IMG/VR virus record: IMGVR_UViG_3300036766_000639
From: an uncultured virus (IMG/VR IMGVR_UViG_3300036766_000639)
Taxonomy: Duplodnaviria > Heunggongvirae > Uroviricota > Caudoviricetes
Direction: 5' to 3' (one strand)
Length of the DNA stretch: 64,000 nt
The notes beneath the pieces are model-generated. The model was not told where the DNA came from and did not search any database. It saw nothing but the letters and a program-made list of their open reading frames with translations. Position 1 is the stretch's first letter; every line of letters starts with the position of its first letter. A program made the translations under genes and the position numbers. Positions 1 through 9,712 of the stretch are shown here, piece by piece.

Positions 1-59
1 ACCTAGTCAGAGACAACCGATTTACAGTCGGTCTAGCCTTCCGCGGCTACCCCAGCTCC
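1..59 (-). tRNA. tRNA-Tyr(GUA)-like gene, 3' part outside the window, atypical D-arm
   Basis: The minus strand reads GGAGCTGGGG TAGCC GCGGAA GGCTA G ACCGA CTGTAAA TCGGT T GTC TCT GAC TAGGT. It has a perfect 5-bp anticodon stem with a CU-GUA-AA loop and a variable-arm hairpin. The T-arm is cut off by the window edge. Confidence 0.65.
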
Positions 60-69
60 AGAAACGACT

Positions 70-100
70 GAGGCCATCCCGGTTTCCCTGGGATGGCCTC
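70..100. terminator. 11-bp perfect inverted repeat (terminator or processing hairpin) just upstream of the tRNA
   Basis: GAGGCCATCCC-N9-GGGATGGCCTC. Confidence 0.45.
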
Positions 101-401
101 GTGTGCGCGAACAGCGTGCAAACGAAGCGTCCCTAGCCAGTCCCCTCCTGATTGAGTTGATCGGCCACGACGAGGCAGATGCCTGTCGATGTCCGCATCG
201 CGGCCGTGGGATATGAGCGTGTATGCTCACTCCTTGGGCAGCGATCGAACGACAAACTGGATATGGGTTTTCTCACAGTAGAGAGACTGTGGGCGCGACC
301 GGCAACTGTGTCAAGGGCGCTTGTTCTAAAATCGGCGTCGCTTGACACTTTCTTATCACGCTGTCGCAAGGGACCGAGTCGCTCGGCTTGGCCAATGTCG
401 C

Positions 402-1589
402 TCAGCCTTCCCAGGCTTCAATCTTGCTGACAGCCTCGCCAGCTTCGAGCGCGAGCTTGATGCCCGCCAGGCTGCCGTCCCAGTCACCCTTGCCGCCCAT
501 CGCAAACCGTGAGCCGGTGGTCTTCTCGGCGCCCAGGTAGCGCTCAAACCGCTCGGGGAGAGCCTTGGCCGCGGTCATCAGCGCCGACTTGCCAGCGAGC
601 ACACAGAAGGGACAGGAGAGGCGAGGCATGCCCAGGTCATAGGCCCAGTGGTGCGGTGCACCGGACTTGCGAATCTCGTCCCATACCCGGTCCTTGGTCC
701 ACCAGTGAATGGGGTAGAAGGTGTCGATGTGGCGCTTGGCCGAGCTGGCTTTGTCCTCGTGCTTGAAGCTGGGCTTCTTGCACCGCTCGTCGCCCTCTTG
801 GCCTCGGATGCCGAGGCAGTTCAGGATGCGGCACTCGCGAGTCTCGCCGGTGCGCTCTCGCCATTCGTTGGCGAGCTTGGTGTAGAGGGCGTAGACCGGG
901 CCAGTCTTGAAGTCCTTGGTGCAGCTTCGAGCAGCTCGGCTCGGCCAGACCGGGATTTTGCGGGCCTTGGCGGCCGCCTCGGGCTCGCCCCTGGCATCGA
1001 GCGCGTCAGCCAGGGCGGTCACTTGGTTCCAGCGAGCGATGACGCCGTCCACGATGTCGCCGCGAGCTTCGCCAGCAGCGTAGAGCGGGGGGTTCTTGAT
1101 GCCGTAGGTCTTATTGGCCCGGCTGGCGCCATCGGAGATGGTCCCAACCCGAGTCACAATCTCAAACCGCGCGCCGGGGAGCAGGTGCTCAGCCTCGGCC
1201 GCCGCGTAGGCAGCGGTGTCCGGCCACTCGATGCGATCGCCAAGGTCGGCGTGGATGAAAACCATGCGGTCGGCGATGCCAAGCTCGTTGGCCCAACCAA
1301 CCATCCGGATTGCGGTGGCAACCGAGTCCTTCCCGGCCGAGGTGTTGAGCCCGATGATGTCGTACCAGTCGAGTGACCGCCCGGCAGGCAGCTCGGTCTC
1401 GTAGCCGCCGTAGGTCACGCCCGTGTCCTTGACGAGCCTGGTGTAGAGCGGGGAGTAGTCGGTGGGGATGTCGTAGACGTCCACTACCTTGGTGCCAATG
1501 ATTTCGCCGCTCAGCGAGACAACCGGCTCACCCTTGGCCGTTGCCGTGCGGCGGGCTCGATTCAGGCTGGCGGTCAGAAGGGCGTTCAT
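402..1589 (-). CDS. PAPS reductase-family (HUP/PP-loop) protein, paralogue 1
   Basis: Motifs SAGKDS, HADLG-x-IEW, CTKDFK, GIRGQEG, PIHWW and GMPRLSCPFC. Start moved to ATG 1589 behind GAGGAG. Confidence 0.85.
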   Translation of the reverse strand: MNALLTASLNRARRTATAKGEPVVSLSGEIIGTKVVDVYDIPTDYSPLYTRLVKDTGVTYGGYETELPAGRSLDWYDIIGLNTSAGKDSVATAIRMVGWANELGIADRMVFIHADLGDRIEWPDTAAYAAAEAEHLLPGARFEIVTRVGTISDGASRANKTYGIKNPPLYAAGEARGDIVDGVIARWNQVTALADALDARGEPEAAAKARKIPVWPSRAARSCTKDFKTGPVYALYTKLANEWRERTGETRECRILNCLGIRGQEGDERCKKPSFKHEDKASSAKRHIDTFYPIHWWTKDRVWDEIRKSGAPHHWAYDLGMPRLSCPFCVLAGKSALMTAAKALPERFERYLGAEKTTGSRFAMGGKGDWDGSLAGIKLALEAGEAVSKIEAWEG

Positions 1590-1606
1590 GGCGGTCTCCT
1601 CAACAG

Positions 1607-1930
1607 TCATAATATACTGTCAGGAGGTTTTGTCAATAACGTGATGCGCTCACCTTGCCACACACATGTAAGCCTCCGGCACCTGGCCTGGACGATGCTC
1701 GGCTCGGTGGTGCTGCGCAGATAATGCTTGGCGACGATGGTCGGGCCGCCACACTCGCCGCAGGCGGGCTCGACCCCGTAGCGCCCATGCTCGCCGCTCG
1801 TGGCCGCCCTGGGCTCGTGGCTGCTCGGCTCCGGCAATCGGGTTGCCGCCGGTGCGCTGGGCTCGACACGGGCGAACAGGTCGCCCTGGCCCGATGACGT
1901 CGGCTTACGAGGTCGCTTTGCCATCGCCAA
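1607..1930 (-). CDS. hypothetical protein with CxxC...CxxxxC, possibly zinc-binding
   Basis: ORF sits directly after the upstream gene in the same orientation and has Cys pairs. Confidence 0.5.
   Translation of the reverse strand: MAMAKRPRKPTSSGQGDLFARVEPSAPAATRLPEPSSHEPRAATSGEHGRYGVEPACGECGGPTIVAKHYLRSTTEPSIVQARCRRLTCVWQGERITLLTKPPDSIL
1609..1636 (-). promoter_or_regulatory. sigma70-like promoter of PAPS-reductase paralogue 1
   Basis: TTGACA-aaacctcctgacagta-TATTAT. Confidence 0.75.
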
Positions 1931-1936
1931 CCGGTA

Positions 1937-2437
1937 TCACGCGGCGACATCCATGGCGACGAGCGACTTGCGCGAGAACTTGTAAACCGTCCCAGCGTAC
2001 TTGCACTTCAGTGGCTTCAGGCTGACAACCTCGACGGTCCAGCCGTTGCTCAGCTTGACCATCTCGCCGATCGAAAGCTTGCGACCGTGCACGGCATGGT
2101 GCGCGCGAACCTTCGCGCGGTAGTCGGCCGCGCCCTTGTTCATGGGCGGCGAGCACATGTCGAGGTACCCAATCGGGCAGTCGTAGTAGTAGGGGTGCAT
2201 GCCATCGTCCATGGCCTTGTAACCCCAGCCGACGTCGCGGTTCTTCGAGAGCAGGTAGACCGCGATGAAGCGGTCCGTCTTGCCTTCGCGGACCATCTCG
2301 GTCACCGCGTAGAGCACGTTGCCGCGCGCGCAGTGCTTGAGCGTCTTGAACGTGGTCCCGGACGCGCCCGTGTAGCCGCGCGTCAGCTCGGCGATGATGT
2401 CAGCCTTGTCCGCTCCGTACGTATGTGACCAGCCCAT
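1937..2437 (-). CDS. DUF6927-like mobile-element protein
   Basis: N-terminal MGW and a WGYKxMDxxMxPYYYDCP motif. It has an RBS (GAGAGGA) and its own promoter (TTGACA at 2482-2487). Confidence 0.6.
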   Translation of the reverse strand: MGWSHTYGADKADIIAELTRGYTGASGTTFKTLKHCARGNVLYAVTEMVREGKTDRFIAVYLLSKNRDVGWGYKAMDDGMHPYYYDCPIGYLDMCSPPMNKGAADYRAKVRAHHAVHGRKLSIGEMVKLSNGWTVEVVSLKPLKCKYAGTVYKFSRKSLVAMDVAA

Positions 2438-2483
2438 GGTTCCTCTCTTTCCACAGCCAACATGGTGTTAGATGTATCGTTTG

Positions 2484-2666
2484 TCAAGATTGTTCCTCGA
2501 CGTCGTAGCAGCACTCGACGCCGTAGCCTTCGGCGTACATCGGCAGAGTCATTGTTTTGTGGACCCATGCACGCACCTTCGCGAGCGCATGATCGGCATC
2601 ATCGGCATCGACAACGCGCGCCCCATCATAGGGCCCAGCGTACCAAGTGACTTTGTAAACGCTCAT
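2484..2666 (-). CDS. small hypothetical protein
   Basis: ATGA overlap with the upstream ORF. Confidence 0.5.
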   Translation of the reverse strand: MSVYKVTWYAGPYDGARVVDADDADHALAKVRAWVHKTMTLPMYAEGYGVECCYDVEEQS

Positions 2667-2863
2667 GACCGCGCCTCGCGGCGGATGCGATCCCATTCAG
2701 ATTTGGCCGCCGAGCCGTGCTCATTATCGACGTAGCCGACCAGGCGCGCGACCGTTCGCGCGTGATTCGACAACCGGCCCGGCCACGGTGGCGTTGAGAC
2801 GCGCTCAGCCCCGGAGCAAAAGTCGTCGTACTCGGCGCGTGCAACTGCAATGGCTGCATTCAT
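2663..2863 (-). CDS. small hypothetical protein
   Basis: 4-nt overlaps on both sides and an RBS. Confidence 0.55.
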   Translation of the reverse strand: MNAAIAVARAEYDDFCSGAERVSTPPWPGRLSNHARTVARLVGYVDNEHGSAAKSEWDRIRREARS

Positions 2864-3195
2864 GATTCGGTCTCCTTTGGTTTCTTGGAACTCACAGCCT
2901 TGGCGGCAGCGATGCCCGCTCCTCGGCGCGCGTCCCGCGCCAGCGCGATCTCCCGCTTGAAGCGGCGCGTGTAGACCTCATTGAACGCCCGGAGCGCTGC
3001 GAAGGCAGCGTCTCTTGCGACCTTGGCCGCCTTCCACTCCGGCGTTGCCCGGACGCTGTCAGGCGTCATGCCCATCAGGCCGCCGCCGGACAGGGCGCCC
3101 AGCGCGCGACCAGCGGCCTTGTACTCGGCCTCCAACCGGACCGCGGTCTCCGCGGCCGAGGTGTAGTCCAGTGGGCAGTGGTCGTGCTTGCTCAT
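2860..3195 (-). CDS. hypothetical protein
   Basis: Translationally coupled Ala-rich ORF. Confidence 0.6.
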   Translation of the reverse strand: MSKHDHCPLDYTSAAETAVRLEAEYKAAGRALGALSGGGLMGMTPDSVRATPEWKAAKVARDAAFAALRAFNEVYTRRFKREIALARDARRGAGIAAAKAVSSKKPKETES

Positions 3196-3962
3196 GCTGC
3201 CCTCACGTTGTCGGCGGAGACCCAGTGGGTTTCACCGCGACCGTCCCGGATGCCCACTCGCGCGGCGCCGGAGAACTTGTCGGTGCCGACCCAGATGATC
3301 CGGCCAGCGATTCCGTCGGCGGTCGTCACCCGGTCACCCTTGGCGACGCGGCACTCGGCTGCCGTGGCAGGAGCAGGCGCCGGAGTGGCCGACTCGGCAT
3401 CCTCGCTCGCGCGCTCGATGACCTTCACCGCCGTGGCAGGCAGCCAACAGACTTCCCCAGCCGCGGTCTTGAGACCGACTCGCCAGCTCGCGTCGTGGCG
3501 CTTGGACCAGCCGGACCAGACGACCTTGCCGGAGACGCCCTTTTCGACTTTCGGCGAGCCAGCCGCCTTGGTGACCTCGACCAAGTCGCCCACCCGAGGA
3601 GCATCCGACTTGACCGCCGCCCGCTTGGCCGTGAGCGCCGCCGCCTTGGCGGCCGCCAGCTCGGTCTTGTCGGCCGCAGCGAAGGCAGCTGCCTTGTTGA
3701 GGCCCGCCGTCCGTCCGGCCGCGTAGGCTTCCGCGTTAGCGAGGCTCTCGCTGGTCGCGTCCACGACCGCGACGCCGTTGTTGTCGGCCAGCTCGAAGTA
3801 GTAGGCGTAGTTGATGATCTTGACGCAGCTCCAGTCCTCGTCCCAGACAATCGCGTAGGCGACGTCGGCGTAGATGTCGGACATGACTCGCTCGCACGCC
3901 GTGTACGTCGAGATGACCGCCCCCTCGTAGAGCACTGTCCCGTTCTTGTAGGTGATACCCAT
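3192..3962 (-). CDS. hypothetical protein with SH3/KOW-like beta repeats
   Basis: Two G-D-x-V...G-x-V/I-x-W-x-G...RVG modules. Start ATG 3962 follows the promoter and GGAAGGA. Confidence 0.6.
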   Translation of the reverse strand: MGITYKNGTVLYEGAVISTYTACERVMSDIYADVAYAIVWDEDWSCVKIINYAYYFELADNNGVAVVDATSESLANAEAYAAGRTAGLNKAAAFAAADKTELAAAKAAALTAKRAAVKSDAPRVGDLVEVTKAAGSPKVEKGVSGKVVWSGWSKRHDASWRVGLKTAAGEVCWLPATAVKVIERASEDAESATPAPAPATAAECRVAKGDRVTTADGIAGRIIWVGTDKFSGAARVGIRDGRGETHWVSADNVRAA

Positions 3963-3984
3963 GTCGTCTTTCCTTCCACGAAAC

Positions 3985-4070
3985 AAGCTAGCCCCATGTG
4001 GAGCGTTTGTCAAGTCACCAGGCGAGCGGTGAAAACCGTGCTTGACAAACCGTTCCGGTGTCATTATTTT
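3985..4070. promoter_or_regulatory. divergent promoter pair
   Basis: Minus strand: TTGACA(4008-4013)-N17-TAGCTT. Plus strand: TTGACA(4042-4047)-N17-TATTTT. Confidence 0.7.
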
Positions 4071-4092
4071 ACGACTGAAAGGACGCGCCACA

Positions 4093-4494
4093 ATGCTGAA
4101 AGCAATCCACATGAACCGCGCCGAGGGTCCGGTCGCCGAGTGCGGCAAGTACAACTGCGCCTCGTTCACCGAGGCCCACGCGAAGATCCGCCGGTGGGCG
4201 CGGTCGGCCCCGGACTGGGGCGGCTACGACAAGACCGACGTCACGCTCGTGTTCGACGGCATCGAGTCTGGCGAAGACACGTCGGTCTCGCTTCGCTTCG
4301 ATATGACGCGCGACCACGCCACGGATCCCGAACCGCTGCTCAAGGAGTTCATTCGCCACTGCCGGTTCTACTCGGGCGACGATCGCCCCCGGAGCATGGA
4401 AGAAGACAGCTACCGTCGCATCATGTCGGGCGTGTCAACGGCGCACCGCACGACCTTCCGTAAACTCGCCGCAGCATTCGCGGAGCGCGTATGA
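4093..4494 (+). CDS. LPD25-like (polyvalent-protein-associated) domain protein
   Basis: GGYDKTDxxxxF...RFD motif; RBS AAAGGA. Confidence 0.5.
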   Translation: MLKAIHMNRAEGPVAECGKYNCASFTEAHAKIRRWARSAPDWGGYDKTDVTLVFDGIESGEDTSVSLRFDMTRDHATDPEPLLKEFIRHCRFYSGDDRPRSMEEDSYRRIMSGVSTAHRTTFRKLAAAFAERV

Positions 4495-5054
4495 ACACGT
4501 GCTCGTGCAGCGAGACCAAGGGGCACGTCGTGGCCCGGCGATCTACCGCCGACGGCAAGCATGTGGTGCTCCACTCGGACGGGTCGTTGACCTGGTCGCT
4601 GGGCTACTCGATCAAAAACTCTCCATTCCCACGCACCGATGCTCAACGCGAGCTGGCGCTGCGCGCCGGATGGCTGGTGCTCGGCGAGGTCGAGCTGCAC
4701 GATGCCGACGCCGTCTCCTCCCTCGTTGCCGCCGCACGCTGGGTCGCGGAGCGCTCCGGGTTGCCAGGCGACGTGCGCAGGCGCCTCGCGGCCGAGCGTG
4801 GCCCGTGCCCCGTGTGGGAAGTGCTCAGCGCAGACCGCGACGGCAAGGCCACGTGCCGCGTGTGGAGGCTGCCCAGGATGCTCTATCCGGGCGGACTCGC
4901 CATCTGGCACGAGCGCGGGCGCTACGACGTGATCCGCCTCGTCAACGCCCCCGCGGTTGGCGCACGCAGCCGAGATGCGTACGAGACGACGGGGTTCACC
5001 TCGACCACGCTGCGCGGAGCGATGACCCACGTTCGACGGATGATGTGCGACTAG
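4491..5054 (+). CDS. hypothetical protein
   Basis: ATGA-coupled to the upstream gene. Confidence 0.55.
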   Translation: MNTCSCSETKGHVVARRSTADGKHVVLHSDGSLTWSLGYSIKNSPFPRTDAQRELALRAGWLVLGEVELHDADAVSSLVAAARWVAERSGLPGDVRRRLAAERGPCPVWEVLSADRDGKATCRVWRLPRMLYPGGLAIWHERGRYDVIRLVNAPAVGARSRDAYETTGFTSTTLRGAMTHVRRMMCD

Positions 5055-6304
5055 CCAAGAGCCGCCGCAAGTCCGTCGGCGACATCCCGTGACTCCCTGA
5101 ACTGCGGCAGCGCCATCCTGAACGCCGCACGCAGCACCGGCGCCACCCTTTCCGGACCGCGCGTGCCCAGCTCGGCGAAGACCTCGGCGAACAGCTCCTC
5201 TGCGCTCGTGCCGGAGTAGGCCGTCACTGGATACAGGAACGCCCTGGCCTTGCCCTTCTTGGCTATGAGCTGGTCGAGACCAGGCTTGACGCCCTTCTTC
5301 GGCGAGCCCGTGATCTGGTCAAACTTTTCGTCGATGTCGAGATTGTCGGCGAGCAGGTTCAGCCACATGCGATCGCCCTGGGCGCCCTGCTTGACCAGGT
5401 GGTTTAGGTAATGGCCAAGGTACCGAATGTACTTGCTGCCATACATATCGGACGGCGGATTCGAGACCGTCGCTTCCCAGCGCTGGATGATCCCGTCCAC
5501 GCCAGGGTCTCCCTGGTTGGCTTCCCAGAACTCCTGCCAAGCCGCGCGCCCTTGGCCGCCGAGCACCTTGAAGTACGCGCGATGACCTAGCTCATGGATA
5601 ACGCTGTGCAGCGCGCCCTCGTGGCCTGCCGCGACGTTCATCGTGTTGCGCCTGGGACTGTACGACGCCAGCGCCGAGTGCCCAGTCAGCGCGGCGGGCG
5701 GAAGCTTTGAGGTTGGGTACGCGAACACATCGCCTTGGGCGACGCTGCCCATTCCGAACCGGTCCAGCCTGCGCTCGACCTCTGTGAGCATCCCCCGCAA
5801 CCGATCGACTGCTTCCTGGTCCCATTCATTGGCGCCCTGCGGCGCTGTCATGAGCATCACGCGGAAATCGCCAACGTCGATCACGGACTCGACGGTCGTG
5901 GTGTAGTTGTTGACGATCGACAGGACGTGACTCCTGTACTCCCAGAACTTCGAGAAGGCGTTGTCCTTCCTCGTCATCTGCGACTTCAGTACGACGTTCA
6001 ACTCGTCGGCCGTTTTCGCATCGACGTACTGCCCGAGGATCTTTCGGAAGTTGACGATCGTCCTACCGTGCTTCTTGAGCAAAGCCGCGAGCCGAGCGTT
6101 TTCGGCGGTGATGACAAGCGCCTTGGACAGCTCGGCGGCGGCGGCCGACAAGCTTTTGACCGTGCTATCACGCTCGACACCGGCGAGCACGCCGAAGCCC
6201 ATCGACACCTTTCTGAGCGGGCGCGCAACAGCGTCGAACAAACGACTGAGCTGGTCGTGCGCCGACTCGCCTGCGGCCTCCTGTAGTTCTGCCGAGAGCA
6301 TCAT
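5051..6304 (-). CDS. zincin metallopeptidase (anthrax-LF/MPTase-like), probably virion-associated
   Basis: HELGH plus a downstream TAYSGTSAEELFAEVF motif. ATGA overlap at 6301-6304. Confidence 0.7.
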   Translation of the reverse strand: MMLSAELQEAAGESAHDQLSRLFDAVARPLRKVSMGFGVLAGVERDSTVKSLSAAAAELSKALVITAENARLAALLKKHGRTIVNFRKILGQYVDAKTADELNVVLKSQMTRKDNAFSKFWEYRSHVLSIVNNYTTTVESVIDVGDFRVMLMTAPQGANEWDQEAVDRLRGMLTEVERRLDRFGMGSVAQGDVFAYPTSKLPPAALTGHSALASYSPRRNTMNVAAGHEGALHSVIHELGHRAYFKVLGGQGRAAWQEFWEANQGDPGVDGIIQRWEATVSNPPSDMYGSKYIRYLGHYLNHLVKQGAQGDRMWLNLLADNLDIDEKFDQITGSPKKGVKPGLDQLIAKKGKARAFLYPVTAYSGTSAEELFAEVFAELGTRGPERVAPVLRAAFRMALPQFRESRDVADGLAAALG

Positions 6305-7317
6305 CTTTGTGCCAAGAGAGTGTTGCGGCGCGCGTCGAACTGTTGATGGTTCACGAATCTCAAGTCGTATCGCTTGTCGATCCCGGTCTCCTTGATGACT
6401 TCGAGGGTGTCCGCGAAAGCCTTCCAGTTGACGCCCTCGCCTGGGAACCCGTCCCACTCGCCAAAAATCTGCGCGAGATTCTCTTTGTACTCACCGTTCT
6501 TCTTGCCCAGGTCAAACATGGCTTGCTTCCCGCCAGCCATGTAGGCGTTGATGTACGGCATCGTTATCATCTTTGGGCGCAGTATCACGAGCTTGGAGCT
6601 TTCCGGTATCTGGAACGAGTCGCCCTTGACGATCCACTCGCCTTCGTCGCGGTAGATGGCCCCGGCAGCCTTCAGCCCTTCGCGCAGGGCCTTGGCCCAC
6701 TCGTCCAAGGTCACCGCCCTGGCTTCCTTCACGTAGTTGGCGTAGCGAGCGCCCTCGGCGATCTCGATAGCCGCTCTCCGCATGAATCTCGCAGCGTCTG
6801 CAATCGACCCAATCTTTGGGCTCTGCGCTCGATACAGGCTGCCAAACTTTGAAGACGACAGGTCCCCTCGCTCAATCGCGTAGGCAACCGTGGCGGCAGC
6901 CTTGGACGGCACGCGACTCAGGGCAGGTCGCACGTAATCGACCAGGTTCTGCATCATGCCATGGTCGCCGCTCACCCCGCCTCGCTTCTTGTCCCAGAGC
7001 CGATACAGGGCGGCAAAGTCGTTCGACACCATGTACTCGGGATTGTCGTACAGAACGCGCGTGAGCTTGTTCAGCTTGGCCGCGTCGTCGCCAGGCATCA
7101 CGAGCAAGGCGTTGCGCCCGACGCCGAGCCAGTTGAGCACGATACCTTTGCTGTCCGAGATGCCGCTCAGCCCGGTCAGCTTGCCGCGGACCACGTCCTT
7201 GGCCTTGTCCAAGCTGTGCTTGCTGATTTCGAGCGCGAGCCAGAACACGCCAGGCACGTCGGACGCAGCATAGCTGCGCTCGACGAGCGCGGAGTCGAGC
7301 TGCGCTGCGATGTTCAC
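6301..7317 (-). CDS. hypothetical virion-type protein
   Basis: 338-aa ORF with N-terminal IAAQLDSALVE helix and a YRDEGEWIV motif. Confidence 0.7.
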   Translation of the reverse strand: MNIAAQLDSALVERSYAASDVPGVFWLALEISKHSLDKAKDVVRGKLTGLSGISDSKGIVLNWLGVGRNALLVMPGDDAAKLNKLTRVLYDNPEYMVSNDFAALYRLWDKKRGGVSGDHGMMQNLVDYVRPALSRVPSKAAATVAYAIERGDLSSSKFGSLYRAQSPKIGSIADAARFMRRAAIEIAEGARYANYVKEARAVTLDEWAKALREGLKAAGAIYRDEGEWIVKGDSFQIPESSKLVILRPKMITMPYINAYMAGGKQAMFDLGKKNGEYKENLAQIFGEWDGFPGEGVNWKAFADTLEVIKETGIDKRYDLRFVNHQQFDARRNTLLAQR

Positions 7318-9407
7318 ATTGCCGCCATGAGCTGCTCGGACACGCCGCCGCCCCCGCCCTTGCTAAGCTCGTCAAGGATCGCGTCGATGATCTTGTCCAT
7401 GAGCGCGTCCGGGTTCTCGACGCCCTCGTAGAAGGCCGACGGCAGAAGGCCATGCGCTTGCCCGAAGACCTTCAAGGTGGCCGCTCGAATTGGCTTGTCG
7501 ATGGCCATGCCGACGATCTCGTCCGCCGGTGACGCCAACGTAGCAAGTGCCTGGGCCAATCCACCGGCAAAGATATGAGTAACCGCCATCGTCATCATCG
7601 CCGTCTTCACCAGGTCCGCGGCTTGATGTATCGCATGATGGCGATCGTCAGCCGAAATCTTCTCCCCCTTCAGCGCGCGCCCAATAGTGCCGACCATGCG
7701 CTTGGTTTCCGCAACCTCCTTCTTGATGGCTTTCTTGACGTGCATCTTCAGCTCGGCGCGCGCCTCCGGCTTAGTCGCCAAATCCTTCATTGCCACCAGC
7801 GGGTGAACCAGCGCGTGCCCAGCCTTTTTAGCCAGAGCCTTGAACTTGTCCTTCCAGTTGGAGGCGGTGACACCGCCGATTCCGCCGCCCTCGTCGCCAT
7901 CGCCGGGGTCGGCAGACGGGGCGCCGCCCTTGCCCTTGCCCTTGCCCTGCCTGACGTGCGGGTTCATTAGAGGCGACGATCCGTCGTCCGGAATGAACAG
8001 CTTGTGCCCAGCCTCCGAAGTGCGCCACACGCCCTTCTTTCCATCTACGGTGTACTTGCGCTCACCGGTCTTTGTCTGGGCTTTTCGCTCCGCAAGCGCC
8101 GCCGAAAGCTGTTCGTGAATCATCGGTCCATCCATAAACACACTCTCCATTTTGCGATCGCCCTTGATGAACTGCTTGAAGCGATCGATCTGGTCACGGC
8201 TGAGGTCGCGACCATCGACATAGGCGCTGAACACTTCGGCGAAGTCTTCGGAGCTGTTCACTCCGCCATAGTCACTGACCGCGCTGACCTTGCCGAACCA
8301 CTTGTCGAAGTTGGCCCGATCCGCCGCCGACATGAACTTGTAGTAAAACCGGTGCCCGAACTCGTGCGCGATCAACTGGTAGAGGCTGTTGGACGCATCG
8401 GCGTAGACTTCCATACGATCGCCGATGCGGTAGTAGCCAGCGCCCATCGTCCACTGCGCGCCAGCCGGATTCTGCCCTCCGCACTCCTTGCACAGCACCG
8501 CGATGTTGCCGTACCAGAGGAACCCAAGGCCACGCTGCTTCAGCAACGCCTCGGCCTTCTTCAACTGGGCAATGTAATCGCGACGATAGTATGGCGATCG
8601 CGGCGCTCGACGATCAAAGCCTCCGCCCACCGAGTGCAGAAACGGACCCTTCGGCTCGGTTGAGCCAAGATGATCATAAGTGCGATCCATCGGTCTCTGC
8701 CAGGCTCGCGACGAGTCACCAAACACCACGGTCGCCTTGCCGATGTGAACGACGTCCGGCTCACCAGCGTGGCGGCCGATTGCAGCGACCGCGTTGGGAA
8801 GCTTGCCCATCGCATCGCGCAGGGAGTCGAGCATCACGTTGATGGCGCGGTCGGCGGCGTCGGCGCCCTCCTCGACGGCCAAGAACACACCGTTGACGTA
8901 CCGCTGGAGCTGCTCGACGCCGTCGCCTGCGTCAGCAAACCGACGGCCGCCGTCAAGCCGATACTCGGTGGTGTCTGGAGTCAGCACGTCGCCCCAGAAC
9001 TTGGCTTTGCGCATGGCTTCACGCGCGGCGTCCTCGGCCTTGTCGAGACCGGCCACAACCTTGGCTTTGAGCGCGTCCAGATCGACCACGAACTCCTTGC
9101 CGCTGCTTTTGCGAGGGTTCATCCGCGTCGTCCAGTAGCCCTTGTTGACCAAGAGGTCGGCTCGGAGCGCGCGGACGTACTGCACCAGCTCGTCCATGGA
9201 GCCCTCGGCGCCACTGGCCGAGGCGCGAAGCTTGTCAAAGTCGATGGTGGCGGCCTTCTCGTACCGACCGGGGTACGCCTTGGCCTTGGCCACGGCCTGT
9301 TTCCAGCCCTTGCGGATGCCCTTGATCCACTCGGCGTCGATCTCATGCCGCGCACGCTCGAACAGCACGGCCCCCTGGAGTGAATCGGCGAACATCCCGG
9401 CCATCAT
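7314..9407 (-). CDS. multi-module protein with a zincin metallopeptidase domain and a C-terminal helical/hydrophobic domain
   Basis: HEFGH plus VSDYGGVNSSEDFAEVF. Internal ES / QLSAALAE junction, a GVWRTxxxGHKLFI module, and a C-terminal domain resembling that of 61684-62655. Confidence 0.75.
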   Translation of the reverse strand: MMAGMFADSLQGAVLFERARHEIDAEWIKGIRKGWKQAVAKAKAYPGRYEKAATIDFDKLRASASGAEGSMDELVQYVRALRADLLVNKGYWTTRMNPRKSSGKEFVVDLDALKAKVVAGLDKAEDAAREAMRKAKFWGDVLTPDTTEYRLDGGRRFADAGDGVEQLQRYVNGVFLAVEEGADAADRAINVMLDSLRDAMGKLPNAVAAIGRHAGEPDVVHIGKATVVFGDSSRAWQRPMDRTYDHLGSTEPKGPFLHSVGGGFDRRAPRSPYYRRDYIAQLKKAEALLKQRGLGFLWYGNIAVLCKECGGQNPAGAQWTMGAGYYRIGDRMEVYADASNSLYQLIAHEFGHRFYYKFMSAADRANFDKWFGKVSAVSDYGGVNSSEDFAEVFSAYVDGRDLSRDQIDRFKQFIKGDRKMESVFMDGPMIHEQLSAALAERKAQTKTGERKYTVDGKKGVWRTSEAGHKLFIPDDGSSPLMNPHVRQGKGKGKGGAPSADPGDGDEGGGIGGVTASNWKDKFKALAKKAGHALVHPLVAMKDLATKPEARAELKMHVKKAIKKEVAETKRMVGTIGRALKGEKISADDRHHAIHQAADLVKTAMMTMAVTHIFAGGLAQALATLASPADEIVGMAIDKPIRAATLKVFGQAHGLLPSAFYEGVENPDALMDKIIDAILDELSKGGGGGVSEQLMAAM

Positions 9408-9697
9408 ACGGAATCCCGGCCAAGGTAGACAATTTCCAGCGGCTCGGCGCCGCGCCGCATGCGCAGAAACGCCGTCCTGGCCGCACCGGCGTTGCTGGCC
9501 AGGATCAGTTCGCCGCCGCTCTCTCTGAAGGACCAGATCAACACGCTCTCCTTCGACGCGGCCTTGGCGTCGGCGGCCATCAGCGCCAACACGGCGGCAG
9601 TCGTCTGCCGACCGAACTTATCGCCCACAATCAGGCCCGTGCAGACACCCATTCGTGCCGCCTCGCATGCTCGCTGGATGCACTCGGTCGATCCCAC
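9404..9697 (-). CDS. hypothetical protein
   Basis: Coupled to the downstream gene. Confidence 0.5.
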   Translation of the reverse strand: MGSTECIQRACEAARMGVCTGLIVGDKFGRQTTAAVLALMAADAKAASKESVLIWSFRESGGELILASNAGAARTAFLRMRRGAEPLEIVYLGRDSV

Positions 9698-9712
9698 CGG
9701 TGCCGCCCCTTG

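Noticed and set aside
3015..4463. Long antisense or alternative-frame ORFs (e.g. 3015-4463, 19553-20815, 26496-27446, 55530-57014, 61570-62805)
   Set aside because: These are shadow ORFs typical of high-GC DNA, lying opposite genes with clear motifs and coupling.
6301..7317. ADP-ribosyltransferase call
   Set aside because: Only an ExE-like strand is seen; the catalytic Arg and STS motifs could not be located.
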